A stretch of 64,000 bases of DNA from Scyliorhinus canicula. Taxonomy: Eukaryota. The notes beneath the pieces are model-generated. The model saw only the letters and a program-made list of their open reading frames with translations. It was not told the DNA's origin and searched no databases. The DNA is taken from positions 17,976,546 through 18,040,545 of the forward strand of contig NC_052158.1 of assembly GCF_902713615.1 (NCBI RefSeq), read 5' to 3'. The position numbers were made by a program, and so were the translations under genes. Of this stretch, positions 39,601 through 50,900 are shown piece after piece. How positions within the stretch are numbered: position 1 is the stretch's first letter; every line of letters begins with the position of its first letter.

Positions 39601-41215
39601 ATGGAATTCAGTTCAGAGAAGTGTGAGGTTAATGTATTGGGAGAGGGAAGATATGACAAGGGAATAGCCAATAAGTGGTAAGATAGTGAGAGGTGTGGGG
39701 GAATAGAGGGAGATTTGAGTTTATGTCCACAGATTCAGGACAGGTGGATAAAGTGGTGACGCTAACACACCGGATATTTTCCTGTACTGACCACGGAATA
39801 GAAAATAAGCGCTGCGAGGTAATGTCGGAACTTTAGAAAACACGTTAGTCCACAGCTAGAGTACTTTATATCTTTCTGGTCAGTGTGTTGGAGAAGTTAC
39901 CGAGGAGATTAATGAGGGTGTTGGATGGTTCAGAGAACTTGAGTTCTGCGTTATGATTGGATAGATTGGGCTTGTTTTCATTGGATCAGAGGAGGCTGAG
40001 GGGAGATTTAATTGAGGTGTATAAAATTAGGAATGTCCAGATAGAGTGGAAAGGAAATCCCGAGTCCCATTGCCTCGGGGTCCCTGATCAGGGAGAATAG
40101 ATACAGGGTAAGAGGGAGGAGGGTTAAAGGGATTATTTTCACACACAATGTGGCCTGGATCTAGGACTCACAGACTGAAAGGTTGAGAGAGGCAGAAACC
40201 CTCATAACATTTATAAAGTAATCAGATCTACAGTGAAAGTGCCGTAACCAAAAGAGTTACGGAGCAGAAACTGGAAACCGGGATTGGGCTGGAGAATTCT
40301 ATTTCAGCCGAATCTCACAGGTTGGTCTGAAATTGCCTCTTTCTGTGAATCCCAGAATATTTACAAAACGAGAAGTGACCATTCGGCCCATTGTATTCCT
40401 GCTAGCTCACCAACTTACCCAGGGCCATTCCTTCACCTTTTTCTCTGTCGCTCTGCAGATTTAAGTTCTTCAGTTAATGATTCAATTCCATATGAAAGCT
40501 GTGATTGAATCTGATTCCACCACAGTGCATTCCTGATCCTAAACACTCGCTGTGTGAAAAGGTTTTCCCTCACGATAATGTGGCTTCTTTTGTCAGTCAG
40601 TTTAAATTATGTGTCCTCTGGTTCTCTTCTCTCAGGGGAACTACCTCAGCTTCTCCAATCTGTGTCCGTAACTGAATTTCCTCCTCCCAGGAATCATTGT
40701 GGTGAATGTTTCCTGCTCTCTCTCTCTAATGCCCTCACATCCTCCCTCAAAGTGTGTTCCCAGAACAGAGTTGAGGGTTAACCAGTGTTTATACAGATAT
40801 AACTTTGTCACTCTATTCTGTGTTAATAAAGCCTAAGATGCTGCATTCTTTATTGACCACTCTCTCTCCTTGTCCTGTCACCCCTAATTGTGAAATGATA
40901 TCCTGTGCATCAAGGTTTAGGTTGTTAATTTACATCAGGAAAGTCAGAAACTTTTGAACACCAATGTGTATCTCTCTTCAGTCTGAACAAGCAACAACTG
41001 TCATTCACCCCGTTTCATATCCATGTTGCTACTGTCCTCGTTATTCTGTATATTTTCTATGTTTCTGCCTGTTAGGGTGACTGTTCCCCTGTTGCCAGAG
41101 ACTAGGGAACATACGAGGAGGTTAAAGAGCAAAACCGTGTATTGAGATATTGAAGTTATTTCTCTGTCATTTAGATGTCAATTTTCCACCAGGGTCACTC
41201 CTTCCAGCTCTACAG

Positions 41216-42245
41216 CCCCCTTGTCCTGACTGAGATCTCGGAGGGGGTGTAGGGCTGGAGGAGGAGAGCCCACCCCCTTGTCCTGGCTGAGATCTCGGAG
41301 GGGGTTGTAGGGCTGGAGGAGGAGAGCCCACCCCCTTGTCCTGACTGAGATCTCGGAGGGGGATGTAGGGTTGGAGGAGGAGAGCCCACCCCCTTGTCCT
41401 GGCTGAGATCTCAGAGGGGGGTGTAGGGCTGGAGGAAGTTACAGAGATACTGGCTGGGAGGATGCCGTGTAGACATTTAAGTTTGAGATATGTCTGGGTC
41501 AGAAGGCGATGGAATGGAATTCCCAGTGGGAATGTAGCTGTTGTCCGTGTTATCTCATCACTGAGTCAGAAAGCTGTAGATTTTTGTCCCATTCCAGAAT
41601 CTGGAGCAGGAAGTCCAGACTGACAATCCCAGCGCAGTACTGAGGAAGTGGCAGCACGGTGGCCTAGTGGTTCACACAGTTGCTTCACAGCTCCAGGGTC
41701 CCAGGTTCGATTCCCGGCTGGGTCACTGTCTGTGCGGAGTCTGCACGTTCTCCCCGTGTCTGCATGGGTTTCCTCCGGGTGCTCCGGTTTCCTCCCACAG
41801 TCCAAAGATGTGCAGGTTAGGTGGATTGGCCGTGATAAATTGCCCTTTAGGCCGGTACAGACTCACTGGGCCGAATGGCCTCATTCTGCACTGTACATTC
41901 TATGATCTGTGATCTATGAAGTGCTGCAGTGTTGGAGGAGCCTCTTTCCGATGAGACTTTCCACCTTTTCAGCTGGAGGGCAATGATCCAGTGGCTGGAG
42001 TTTGAAGAGGAGGAGGAGAGCCCACCCCCTTATCCTGACTGAGATCTCGGAGGGGGGTGTAGGGCTGGAGGAGGAGAACCCACCCCCTTTTCCTGACTGA
42101 GATCTCGGAGGGGGTATAGGGCTGGAGGAGGAGAGCTTACCCCCTTGTCCTGACTGAGATCTCGGAGGGGGGTTTAGGGCTGGAGGAGGAGAGCCCACCC
42201 CCTTATCCTGACTGAGATCTCGGAGGGGGGTAGGGCTGGAGGAGG
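41216..42245 (+). repeat. Two 58-bp minisatellite arrays (41216-41440, 42010-42245) flanking a V-SINE
   Basis: Same layout as in copy 1. Confidence 0.85.
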
Positions 42246-42258
42246 TGACAGAGATAGG

Positions 42259-42878
42259 GGGCGCGATTCTCCGCTCCCCACGCCGGGAAGGAGAATCGCG
42301 GGAGGGCTGGGCGACTAATTTCACGCCCCCCTTGGCGCTCCCCGCGATTCTCCCACCCCCTCGCTCGGAAAAATCGGCGCTCGCTGTTTTTCACAGCGAC
42401 CGGCGATTCTTCGACCCGGATGGGCCGAGCGCCCGGCCGTTCGCGACCGTTTCACGACGGCAGAAACTACACCTGGTCGCTGCCGTCGTGAAATCGCCGT
42501 AAGATGCCCGTTTGGGGCTTGTAGGGGGCCTGGTGGGGACTGAGCACCACGACTGTTCTCGGGAGGGGACAGGCCCGCAATCGGTGCCCACCGATGGTCG
42601 GGCTGGCGTCTCAACGGGACGCAATTTTTCCCCTCCGCCGCCCCGTTAGATCAAGCCGCCATGTCTTGCGGGACGGCTGAGGGGAAGACGGCAACCGTGC
42701 ATGCGCGGGTCGGAGCCGCAAGTATCAAGGCCCGGCGGCCGAGAATAAAGGAGCGCCGCTCCTAGCCCCCCGGGTGGGGGTGAATACGGTGAGAGGAGCG
42801 GCCTCCGAGGCCGTTGTGAAACTCGGCCGAGTTCACGACGGCCTTCAAGATTTTTCCCGGGAGCGGAGAATCTCGCCC
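42259..42878. mobile_element. Harbinger-type MITE with both TIRs
   Basis: TIRs gggcgcgattctccgctccc and gggagcggagaatctcgccc (19/20 match); TSD agg at 42256-42258 and 42879-42881. Confidence 0.85.
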
Positions 42879-43274
42879 AGGGTGTGGGCAGTGAGAATTT
42901 TAAGATCGAGGCATTGCTGAGTTCAAAGCTGATGAGCATCAGTGAGCACTGGGGGGGCTGAAATTATCAACAGGGGACAACCAGTGTCAGATTCCAGTAG
43001 ATTGAGTTCAGGGCGGTGACCGACTTCCTACAACTTGTCTTAACCGAGGTCCTGTACTGGAGAGAGATCTTTATTCTCAGTGAATTGATGCTGATCTGTG
43101 CTGGGTGAACGGAGCTGAGGGAATGGGGAGGAATTTCTTCAGACACTCTGTCCCTGAGCTTCCACAGTTCCTGGGCTGAGGAAAGTGGTGATGTCCCATC
43201 ACCGCCTGTACACGTCTCGTCATTCACTCCTGTTTTTCTCTCAGTAACAGCTTCCCAATCATGTTCTCTTCCAG

Positions 43275-43810
43275 TTCCAGCATCTCTCACCCTGGACCCA
43301 GAGACAGCACACAACCAACTCATCATTTCCCAGGATCTGACTATTGTGAGGTTTGTGGACAGGGTCCTTATTGCCCTTCCCAATAATCCAGAGAGATTTG
43401 ATAATTACTTGTATGTTTTGAGCTCCCAGAGTTTCACATCAGGGAGACACTACTGGGAGGTGGGTCTTGGAAACAAACCTCTCTGGATTGTGGGTGTCTG
43501 CAGAGAGTCTGTCAACAGGAAAGCGGGGATCACACATTCACCTGAGAATGGATTCTGGGTCATCGCCCGGCTTCCTGACTGCAAATCATTGAAAATCCCG
43601 GATGTCATCTCCCAGCTGAAAGTGAAACCCCGGAAGTTGGGAATTTACCTGGATTATGAGGGAGGACAGGTATCATTTTACGATGCTGAGGACATGTCTC
43701 ACCTGTACACCTTCACTGACACATTCACTGAGAAACTCTATCCCATCTTTAATCCCTGTAATAATAACTCTGGTAATAACCCTGAGCCACTCACACTGCT
43801 CTCTGGGTAA
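43275..43810 (+). CDS. TRIM copy 3 terminal exon, intact PRY/SPRY domain
   Basis: Open frame VPASLTLDPETA...EPLTLLSG*, 536 nt. Confidence 0.75.
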
Positions 43811-44544
43811 CGCAGTGGGACACGTTTTGGGAGGTCGGAGTTTTAGTGAGAAGCCTGATTCACTGTCTGAACAGCTCATGTTGTCCTGATTCTCTGCTGT
43901 GTGCTGTCAGGGGGTGAGTGTGTTTCTGTATTGTTTATTCTGTAAATTTAACTCAGATTCTCCACCCATCCCACTGTCCCGATCTCAATCTAATGGGGCC
44001 CATAAACACTGGGCTGGTATAGAATGAAGCATAATCTCCTGAATTGTGGTAACTGTGCCCAGCTCTCGAACAATTCATTGTGAATCTTTATTTTGTTTCC
44101 TCCCTTGAATAAATATTTTATTTGAAGACGGGGCTGACACCTGGTGTGATGATTATTGATTCAGTGAATGAGCAGAAAGAATGTTTTTTCACTCCTGTAT
44201 GGGATGTGGGTGTCGCTGGCTGAGCCCTCGTTGCCCATCCCTAATTGCCCTTGAGAAGCTGGTGTAGGTACATCCACAGTGCAGTTAGGGATGGAGTTCC
44301 AGGATTTGACCCAGCAACAGTGAAGGAATGGCCGATATGTTTCCAAGTCAGGATGGTGAGTGACTGGAAGGGAACCTCCAGGTGGTGGTATCAGGAATGA
44401 GAATATCAGAATAGGTTCCGGAGTAGGACATGTGACCATTTGGGAAGATCCTGTCTGAACATCAACATCGACTCCACTTTCCCATCCTATCCCTTCATTC
44501 CCTTTGTACTCAGGAATATATCATTCTCGGTGTTGAATATACTC

Positions 44545-45120
44545 ACGGACGTCTCACTGAGGTGGAGCTCAGCTTCAGGGCCATGGTAACGGTGGCAATA
44601 CCGTTGTCACCGAGGGGATATACGGAGAGCCCGGGTGTACAGTCCACGGTTAGGGTGTGGAACCAGCTGAGGAGACACTTTAGGATGGAGGGGATGTCGG
44701 TGCTAATACTGTTGTGTGTGAACCACGGATTCAAACCGGGGGAGACGGATGGCATGTACAGGAGGTGGAGAGAGGTGGGGTTGATGAGGGCGAGGGAATT
44801 ATATTTGAAGGCGAGGTTCGCCAGTCTGGAAGAGCTGTGGGAGAGGGTAGAGTTCCCGAGGGGGGAGTGATTTTAGGTATTTCCAAGTGAGGGGCTTTGC
44901 ACGGAAGGTGTGGAAAGAGTTCCCCAGGCTGCCGAAGTCGCCCTATTGGAACGGCTGCTGCTTCCGGACATGGAGGAGGAGGGTAGGATTGGGGACATAT
45001 TGGGGGAGCAGGGAGAATGCACATGGTAAGGATTAAGGAGAAATGGGAGGAGGAGTTGGGGGTAGATAGGGGAGTTGGGAATGAGGCGCTGGGTGGGGTG
45101 CATTTGACCTCTTGTGCGCG
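44545..45120 (+). mobile_element. L1-clade ORF2 C-terminal fragment
   Basis: SPGVQSTVRVWNQLRRHF...; homologous to 58440-59010. Confidence 0.7.
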
Positions 45121-45121
45121 G

Positions 45122-45314
45122 ATGAGTTACAGACTGGCATCTATGCGAGGGGTTCAGATGGTTTATATATAGAATAATGGATATCTGGGAGTGAGTTACA
45201 GACTGGAATCTAATTGAGGGGTTCAGATGGTGTAAATATAGAATAATGGATACCTGGGAGTGAGTTACAGACTGGAATCTAATCGAGGGGTTCAGATGGT
45301 TTATATATAGAATA
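45122..45314 (-). repeat. Inverted 69-bp minisatellite, about 3 units
   Basis: Reverse complement of the intron-2 unit. Confidence 0.9.
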
Positions 45315-45317
45315 GTA

Positions 45318-45625
45318 AGCAGCACGGCAACACAGTGGTTAGCACTGTTGCTACACAGTTCTAGGGCCCCAGGTGCAATTCCCTGCTTGGGCCACTGTCT
45401 GTGTGGAGTCTGCACGATCTCCCTGTGTCTGCGTGGATTTCCTCCGGGTGCTCCAGTTTCCTCCGACAAGTCCCGAAAGATGTGCTGTTAGGTAATTTGA
45501 ACATTCTGAATTCTTCATCTGTGTACCCGAACAGGCGCCAGAATGTGGCGACTAGGGGCTTTGGTAACTTCATTGCAGTGTTAATGTAAGCGGACTTGTG
45601 ACAATAATAAATATTATTGTTATTA
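45318..45625 (+). mobile_element. V-SINE subfamily with an alternative 3' tail (paralogue 59416-59730)
   Basis: V domain followed by acaggcgccagaatgtggcgactaggggc...gtgacaataa and a tta-rich end. Confidence 0.85.
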
Positions 45626-45697
45626 TATTTATGGCCTCACTCAATCCCATCTCCAACCGAAAGGCAGCTGACAGTGCAAGTGGTCATTCACAGTACT

Positions 45698-45715
45698 GCC
45701 AGTAGATGGCGGCGC
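45698..45715 (+). promoter_or_regulatory. Candidate CTCF site
   Basis: GCCAGTAGATGGCGGCGC matches the CCASYAGRKGGCRS core. Confidence 0.55.
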
Positions 45716-46829
45716 TGTTCCATGTAAAGCCCTTCCAGCCAACATGGGGAAAGTGTGGGTCAGGATGAGAGAGATCAAGGGGGGGATTTCGGGAAGCGCT
45801 TCTTCACACAAAGGTTATAAAACAAAGGTGAGTAAATGTGGTTCAGATACAGACCAGCTGTGAGCAAACTGAATGGTGGATCAGCCTGGAGGCACTCGAT
45901 ACCCATCACCTTTTGTAAAATTATCCATTTTGACATGGGGATCTCAGGATATTTTTAAAAGCTGAGAGACTTGTAAATATTGGGAGACGGAAGGATTTGT
46001 GTATCCATGAAGTAGAATTTTTTTTTAATGTATTTTATTCCAAATAAATTCAATAATACAAAAACAAGCAACCTGGGGAACATTCCCTCCAGCACACAAT
46101 GTTACAATCTGTGCAAATGTTTCCATTTTACACATTCCACCCCCCTCGTGATGAACAATTCCTCAAACGTGGCCACAGACGATCCCCACCGTTTGGGGAT
46201 CAGAATCCCCTCCGATATGGGAGTTACTGAGGAATCCAATAGGGAATTCAGGAGAAACATCTTTACCCAGAGCGGGATTAGAATGAGGAGGTCACTGCCG
46301 TTCACTGGGAACAGGGCAGGGGATGGGGTAAAATAGTGGGAGTGTGTCCTTGCCACCAGTTCAGTGCTGGACTCACTCTGACTGGGTTTGGGGATGGATA
46401 CGAGGCCCTTGTTTCAGGTGAAGCAACATTTTAAAGTCTGGGCTCGATGGCAGCATTTACACTCACAGTGACTCCCAGTGGGAGTCAATGGAAAGGGATA
46501 TTGTCCAGAGTGTTCAACAAGAGGCTGATTCACTGTCTCCCATTGAGTGCTGCCACCCCAGTCGAATATCCTATTAATGAGCATCACTGTCTCAGTAACA
46601 TGTCTTGTGAGATGATCACAAACTGTGGGTGAGGCAACAGCAGAATCAGCTTCACGGTTTGTTCAAACTAACAGAAGATTAACAAGCGGATGGAGCAGGA
46701 GGTGAACAGGAATTTAAAGATGTTATTGGGCAGTCGATATCCCAGCTCCTGATGTGTAAATGTGATCGAGTGACTGACAGAGCCTGTCCCTTCATCACTC
46801 TCCAGTAAATGGAAGCTCTGCACAGCTAG

Positions 46830-46960
46830 GGTGCGTGTGTGTGTCAGGGTCTGTGTTTGTGTGTGTGTGCGTGAGGGTGTGTGTGTGTCAGGGTCTGTGT
46901 TTGCATGTGTGAGGGTGTGTGTGTGTCAGGGTCTTGGTCTGTGTGTGTGTGTCTGTGAGG
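46830..46960 (+). repeat. Compound (GT)n microsatellite
   Basis: gtgtgt runs interspersed with cagggtct. Confidence 0.85.
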
Positions 46961-47904
46961 GTCTCTGACTGGGACTGGAGACCCCCCTGAGGACAGTTTC
47001 CAGCACAAACACTTTGATTCAGTCAGAGGCAACAACAAGTTACATTTATATAGCACCTTCAATGCAGGAAAACAGCCAAAGGGACTCGACAGCAGCGTCA
47101 ATCAGACAACAATATTTGAGACTGAATCTGTTCTTCGAGACGCTTCTCCCCAAAGGCAGAGAATGTGCAGCATCTGAGAAATGAGCAGCTCCAACACACC
47201 ATTGTTCCTGTTCACTCCAGTTACAGAAACTCTGCACCAACTTTCCATCTTCCTGTCCAGAAGCTGATCAGAGAGCTTCCGGCAGGATTGCGGGGGAAAA
47301 GATGGGACCGGATTTGGGAGGGAGAGAGACTCTCCAGGAATTTGGAGAACAAGGGGGAGGTAGGAGATGGGGGTGGACATTTTCAAAAAGATGTTTTTTG
47401 TGAGAATGAGGGTCAGATGGTGACAGGGTGGAGAGAGGATAAGGAGGGGCTCAGGGATCAAATGGATTTGGAAAGGAATTGGGGGGAGGGTGAGGAGAGA
47501 AAGTAGAGAAAGATGTGGGGGTGAAGGGGGGATGTTTGGTCAGTGGGTTGGGGGGCAGGAGGTTAGTAACAGAAACAGCTGTAAGGATGGTCTGGATTGT
47601 AACTAAGAAAGCCATTGCTGAGTTCCTCACACGGGGGAGTTGAGGGAGGTGGGGAAAGGGGAGAGAGAGTTTTCAAGGGGTGGGTTTGTAGAGAGAGAAG
47701 AGAAATACTGTTATAAATCTGACTTTATAAAAGTGAGAAAGGCTCCAGACACAATAAAGGGGTCAGTTTGATTTAATTCCAAAGTTCCTGACACTGAGCG
47801 TGTCACTGATCACGTGAAGTGAAATCCAGGAAGTGCAGAGCTGAACAGGAATTGACAGTGAAAGAGCGGGAACAGGGAAGGAGAGAGAGACTCTGGGCAC
47901 TGAG

Positions 47905-50900
47905 ATGGCATCTCCAGATCTCACACAGGAACTAACCTGTCCCATCTGTCTGGAGATATTCACCCACCCGGTGTTTCTGGAATGTGGACATCATTTCTGC
48001 AGCTCCTGCATCTCCCAGAGTTGGCAGAAGGTCCCGGGAGATGTTTCCTGCCCCCAGTGTCGACAGGTCTTCACCCAGAGGAACGTCAGGCCCGCTCGGA
48101 CCCTCATTAACATCGTGGAGAAGTTCAGAGAGGTGAAGGTGACACAGCCACAGGAGGAGTTTTACTGTCAGGAACACGAGGAGAAGCTGAAACTCTTCTG
48201 CGAAGATGAACACAAAGCGATCTGTGTGGTGTGTGGGATGTCCAGAGCTCATAAGACGCACAGTGTGATCCCAATAAAGGAGGCAGCCCAGATATACAAG
48301 GTACTGGATCACTGCTCCTGGCACAGGTAGATGGGGAAGAGGGACAGGGTGTAAGTCACAGAGGGAGAGAGTGTTTGTAGAATGTGGGGAGGGGAAGAGA
48401 GGGCGGGAGAGACAGGGATAGGGAAGGGGAGAGGGATGTTGAAAGAGGAGAGGGTTGGAGCGAGTAGAGGATTGATTGAGGAGGGGAATTAACCTGGAGG
48501 AGGATAATTGTAATAAATAGAATTAACCCACAGCTTCTACTTTGTTTATTGAGTGTAATCAATCCTGAGAATATCTCCTTATCTACCTCACTGGCCTCAC
48601 TCTATTTAAAAACAGCAAACTCTGCCAGAAGGTGACAATGATTGTTTCCTTTGACAAATCCATTTGTGTCCTTTCTGTCTCAGAACAAGTTAGAAACATC
48701 ATTGGAAACTCTGCAGAAGCAAATGGACCTCAGTCTTCACAGTAAAAGAGAACGAGAGGATGAGATTTTCCACATGAAGGTAGGAGAGTGTCCTTTAGGC
48801 TTTGTGTAAACTTCCCTGTGTTTGTTATTGAGAGTGAGTGAGCTCCTCACACAGTCAGAGAGAGTTTTACTGAATAAAATCCAAAGTACACTGCGGGCTG
48901 CTCCCTGAACTGCAATATAAGGGACCGTCTGTAAATTGCAGATTATTATAACAATGTTTAACTGTATTATTTTCTCTCTCAAGCCAATCCCATCGATTGA
49001 TGAAATAAATCATGTCTGTAACTCACTCCCGGGGATCCATTATTCTATATATGAACCATCGATTAGAATCCCCTCGATTAGATTCCAGTCTGTAACTCAC
49101 TCCCAGGAATCCATTATTCTATATATAAACCATCTCAACCCCTCGATTAGATTCCAGTCTGTAACTCACTCCCAGGAATCCATTATTCTATATATAAACC
49201 ATCTCAACCCCTCGATTAGATTCCAGTCTGTAACTCACTCCCAGGTATCCATTATTCTATATATAAACCATCTCAACCCCTCGATACGATTCCAGTCTGT
49301 AACTCACTCCCAGGTATCCATTATTCTATATATAAACCATCTGAACCCCTCGATTAGATTCCAGTCTGTAACTCACTCCCAGGTATCCATTATTCTATAT
49401 ATAAACCATATGAATCCCTCGATTCGATTCCAGTCTGTAACTCACTCCCAGGTATCCATTATTCTATATATAAACCATCTCAACCCCTCGATTCGATTCC
49501 AGTCTGTAACTCACTCCCAGGTATCCATTATTCTATATAAAAACCATCTATACCCCTCGATTAGATTCCAGTCTGTAACTCACTCCCAGGTATCCATTAT
49601 TCTATTTTTAAACCATCTCAACTCCTCGATTCGATTCCAGTCTGTAACTCACTCCCAGGTATCCATTATTCTATATATAAACCATCTGAACCCCTCGATT
49701 AGATTCCAGTCTGTAACTCACTCCCAGATATCCATTATTCTATATATAAACCATCTGAACCCCTCGATTAGATTCCAGTCTGTAACTCACTCCCAGGTAT
49801 ACATTATTCTATATATAAACCATCTCAACCCCTCGATTCGATTCCAGTCTGTAACTCACTCCCAGGTATACATTATTCTATATATAAACCATCTCAACCC
49901 CTCGATTCGATTCCAGTCTGTAACTCACTCCCAGGTATCCATTATTCTATATAAAAACCATCTATACCCCTCGATTAGATTCCAGTCTGTAACTCACTCC
50001 CAGGTATCCATTATTCTATATATAAACCATCTGAACCCCTCGATTCGATTCCAGTCTGTAACTCACTCCCAGGTATCCATTATTCTATATATAAACCATC
50101 TCAACCCCTCGATTCGATTCCAGTCTGTAACTCACTCCCAGGTATCCATTATTCTATATATAACCCATCTATACCCCTCGATTAGATTCCAGTCTGTAAC
50201 TCACTCCCAGGTATCCATTATTCTATATATAAACCATCTATACCCCTCGATTAGATTCCAGTGTGCAACTCACTCCCAGGTATCCATTATTCTATATATA
50301 ATCCATCTGAACTTCTCGATTAGATTCCAGTCTGTAACTCACCCCCAGGCATCCATTATTCTATATATAAACCATCTGCATTCCGCGATTAGATTCCACT
50401 CAGTGACTCAGTCCTTGATGCCTATTATTTAATAATAAACTATTGGAATCACTATATCATGTTTGTAACTCAGTCCCACATAGCTAAAGTTCCATCAAAC
50501 TGTTCAGCAGACAGTGGGCTGATATTGTTTGTTATCCTTGCTGGATATAAATTTTTATCCCTATATCCCAGTGGACAGAGACCATGGAGACTGGGATTAT
50601 AAACGTTGTTTATTCCGTTCTGTCTTCAATCTGCTCCAGGCTGAAGTTGACAGACTGAGAAATGAAATCAACAGTGAATTTGAAAAGATGCACAAGTTCC
50701 TGTTTGAGAAGGAGGAGCTGATGAAAGCAGAGTTGGAGAGAAAAAGCAATAAAATATTCGAGGAAATGGAGAACAATTTAACCAAAACCATGGATAAAAT
50801 GTCTTCTCTTGAAGCAGCAATAAGAGATCTTAAATCGAGGCTGGAGGTACAACTGGCCCCAGAGTTCCTCAAGGTACAAAATCTCTTTGTCTTGTCCAGT

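Larger units (their letters stand above)
35406..43810 (+). pseudogene. TRIM copy 3 remainder: B-box, coiled coil and intact PRY/SPRY, lacking a sense promoter and RING
   Basis: Exons (35406)-35634, 36008-36103, 36906-37139, 37915-37937, 38022-38140, 43275-43810, all open and GT-AG. AATAAA at 44108-44113. Confidence 0.85.

Noticed and set aside
48936-50432. 498-aa ORF with a 23-aa repeat
   Set aside because: Translation of an intronic 69-bp VNTR. It has a non-ATG start, and read-through from exon 2 meets a TAA within 10 codons.
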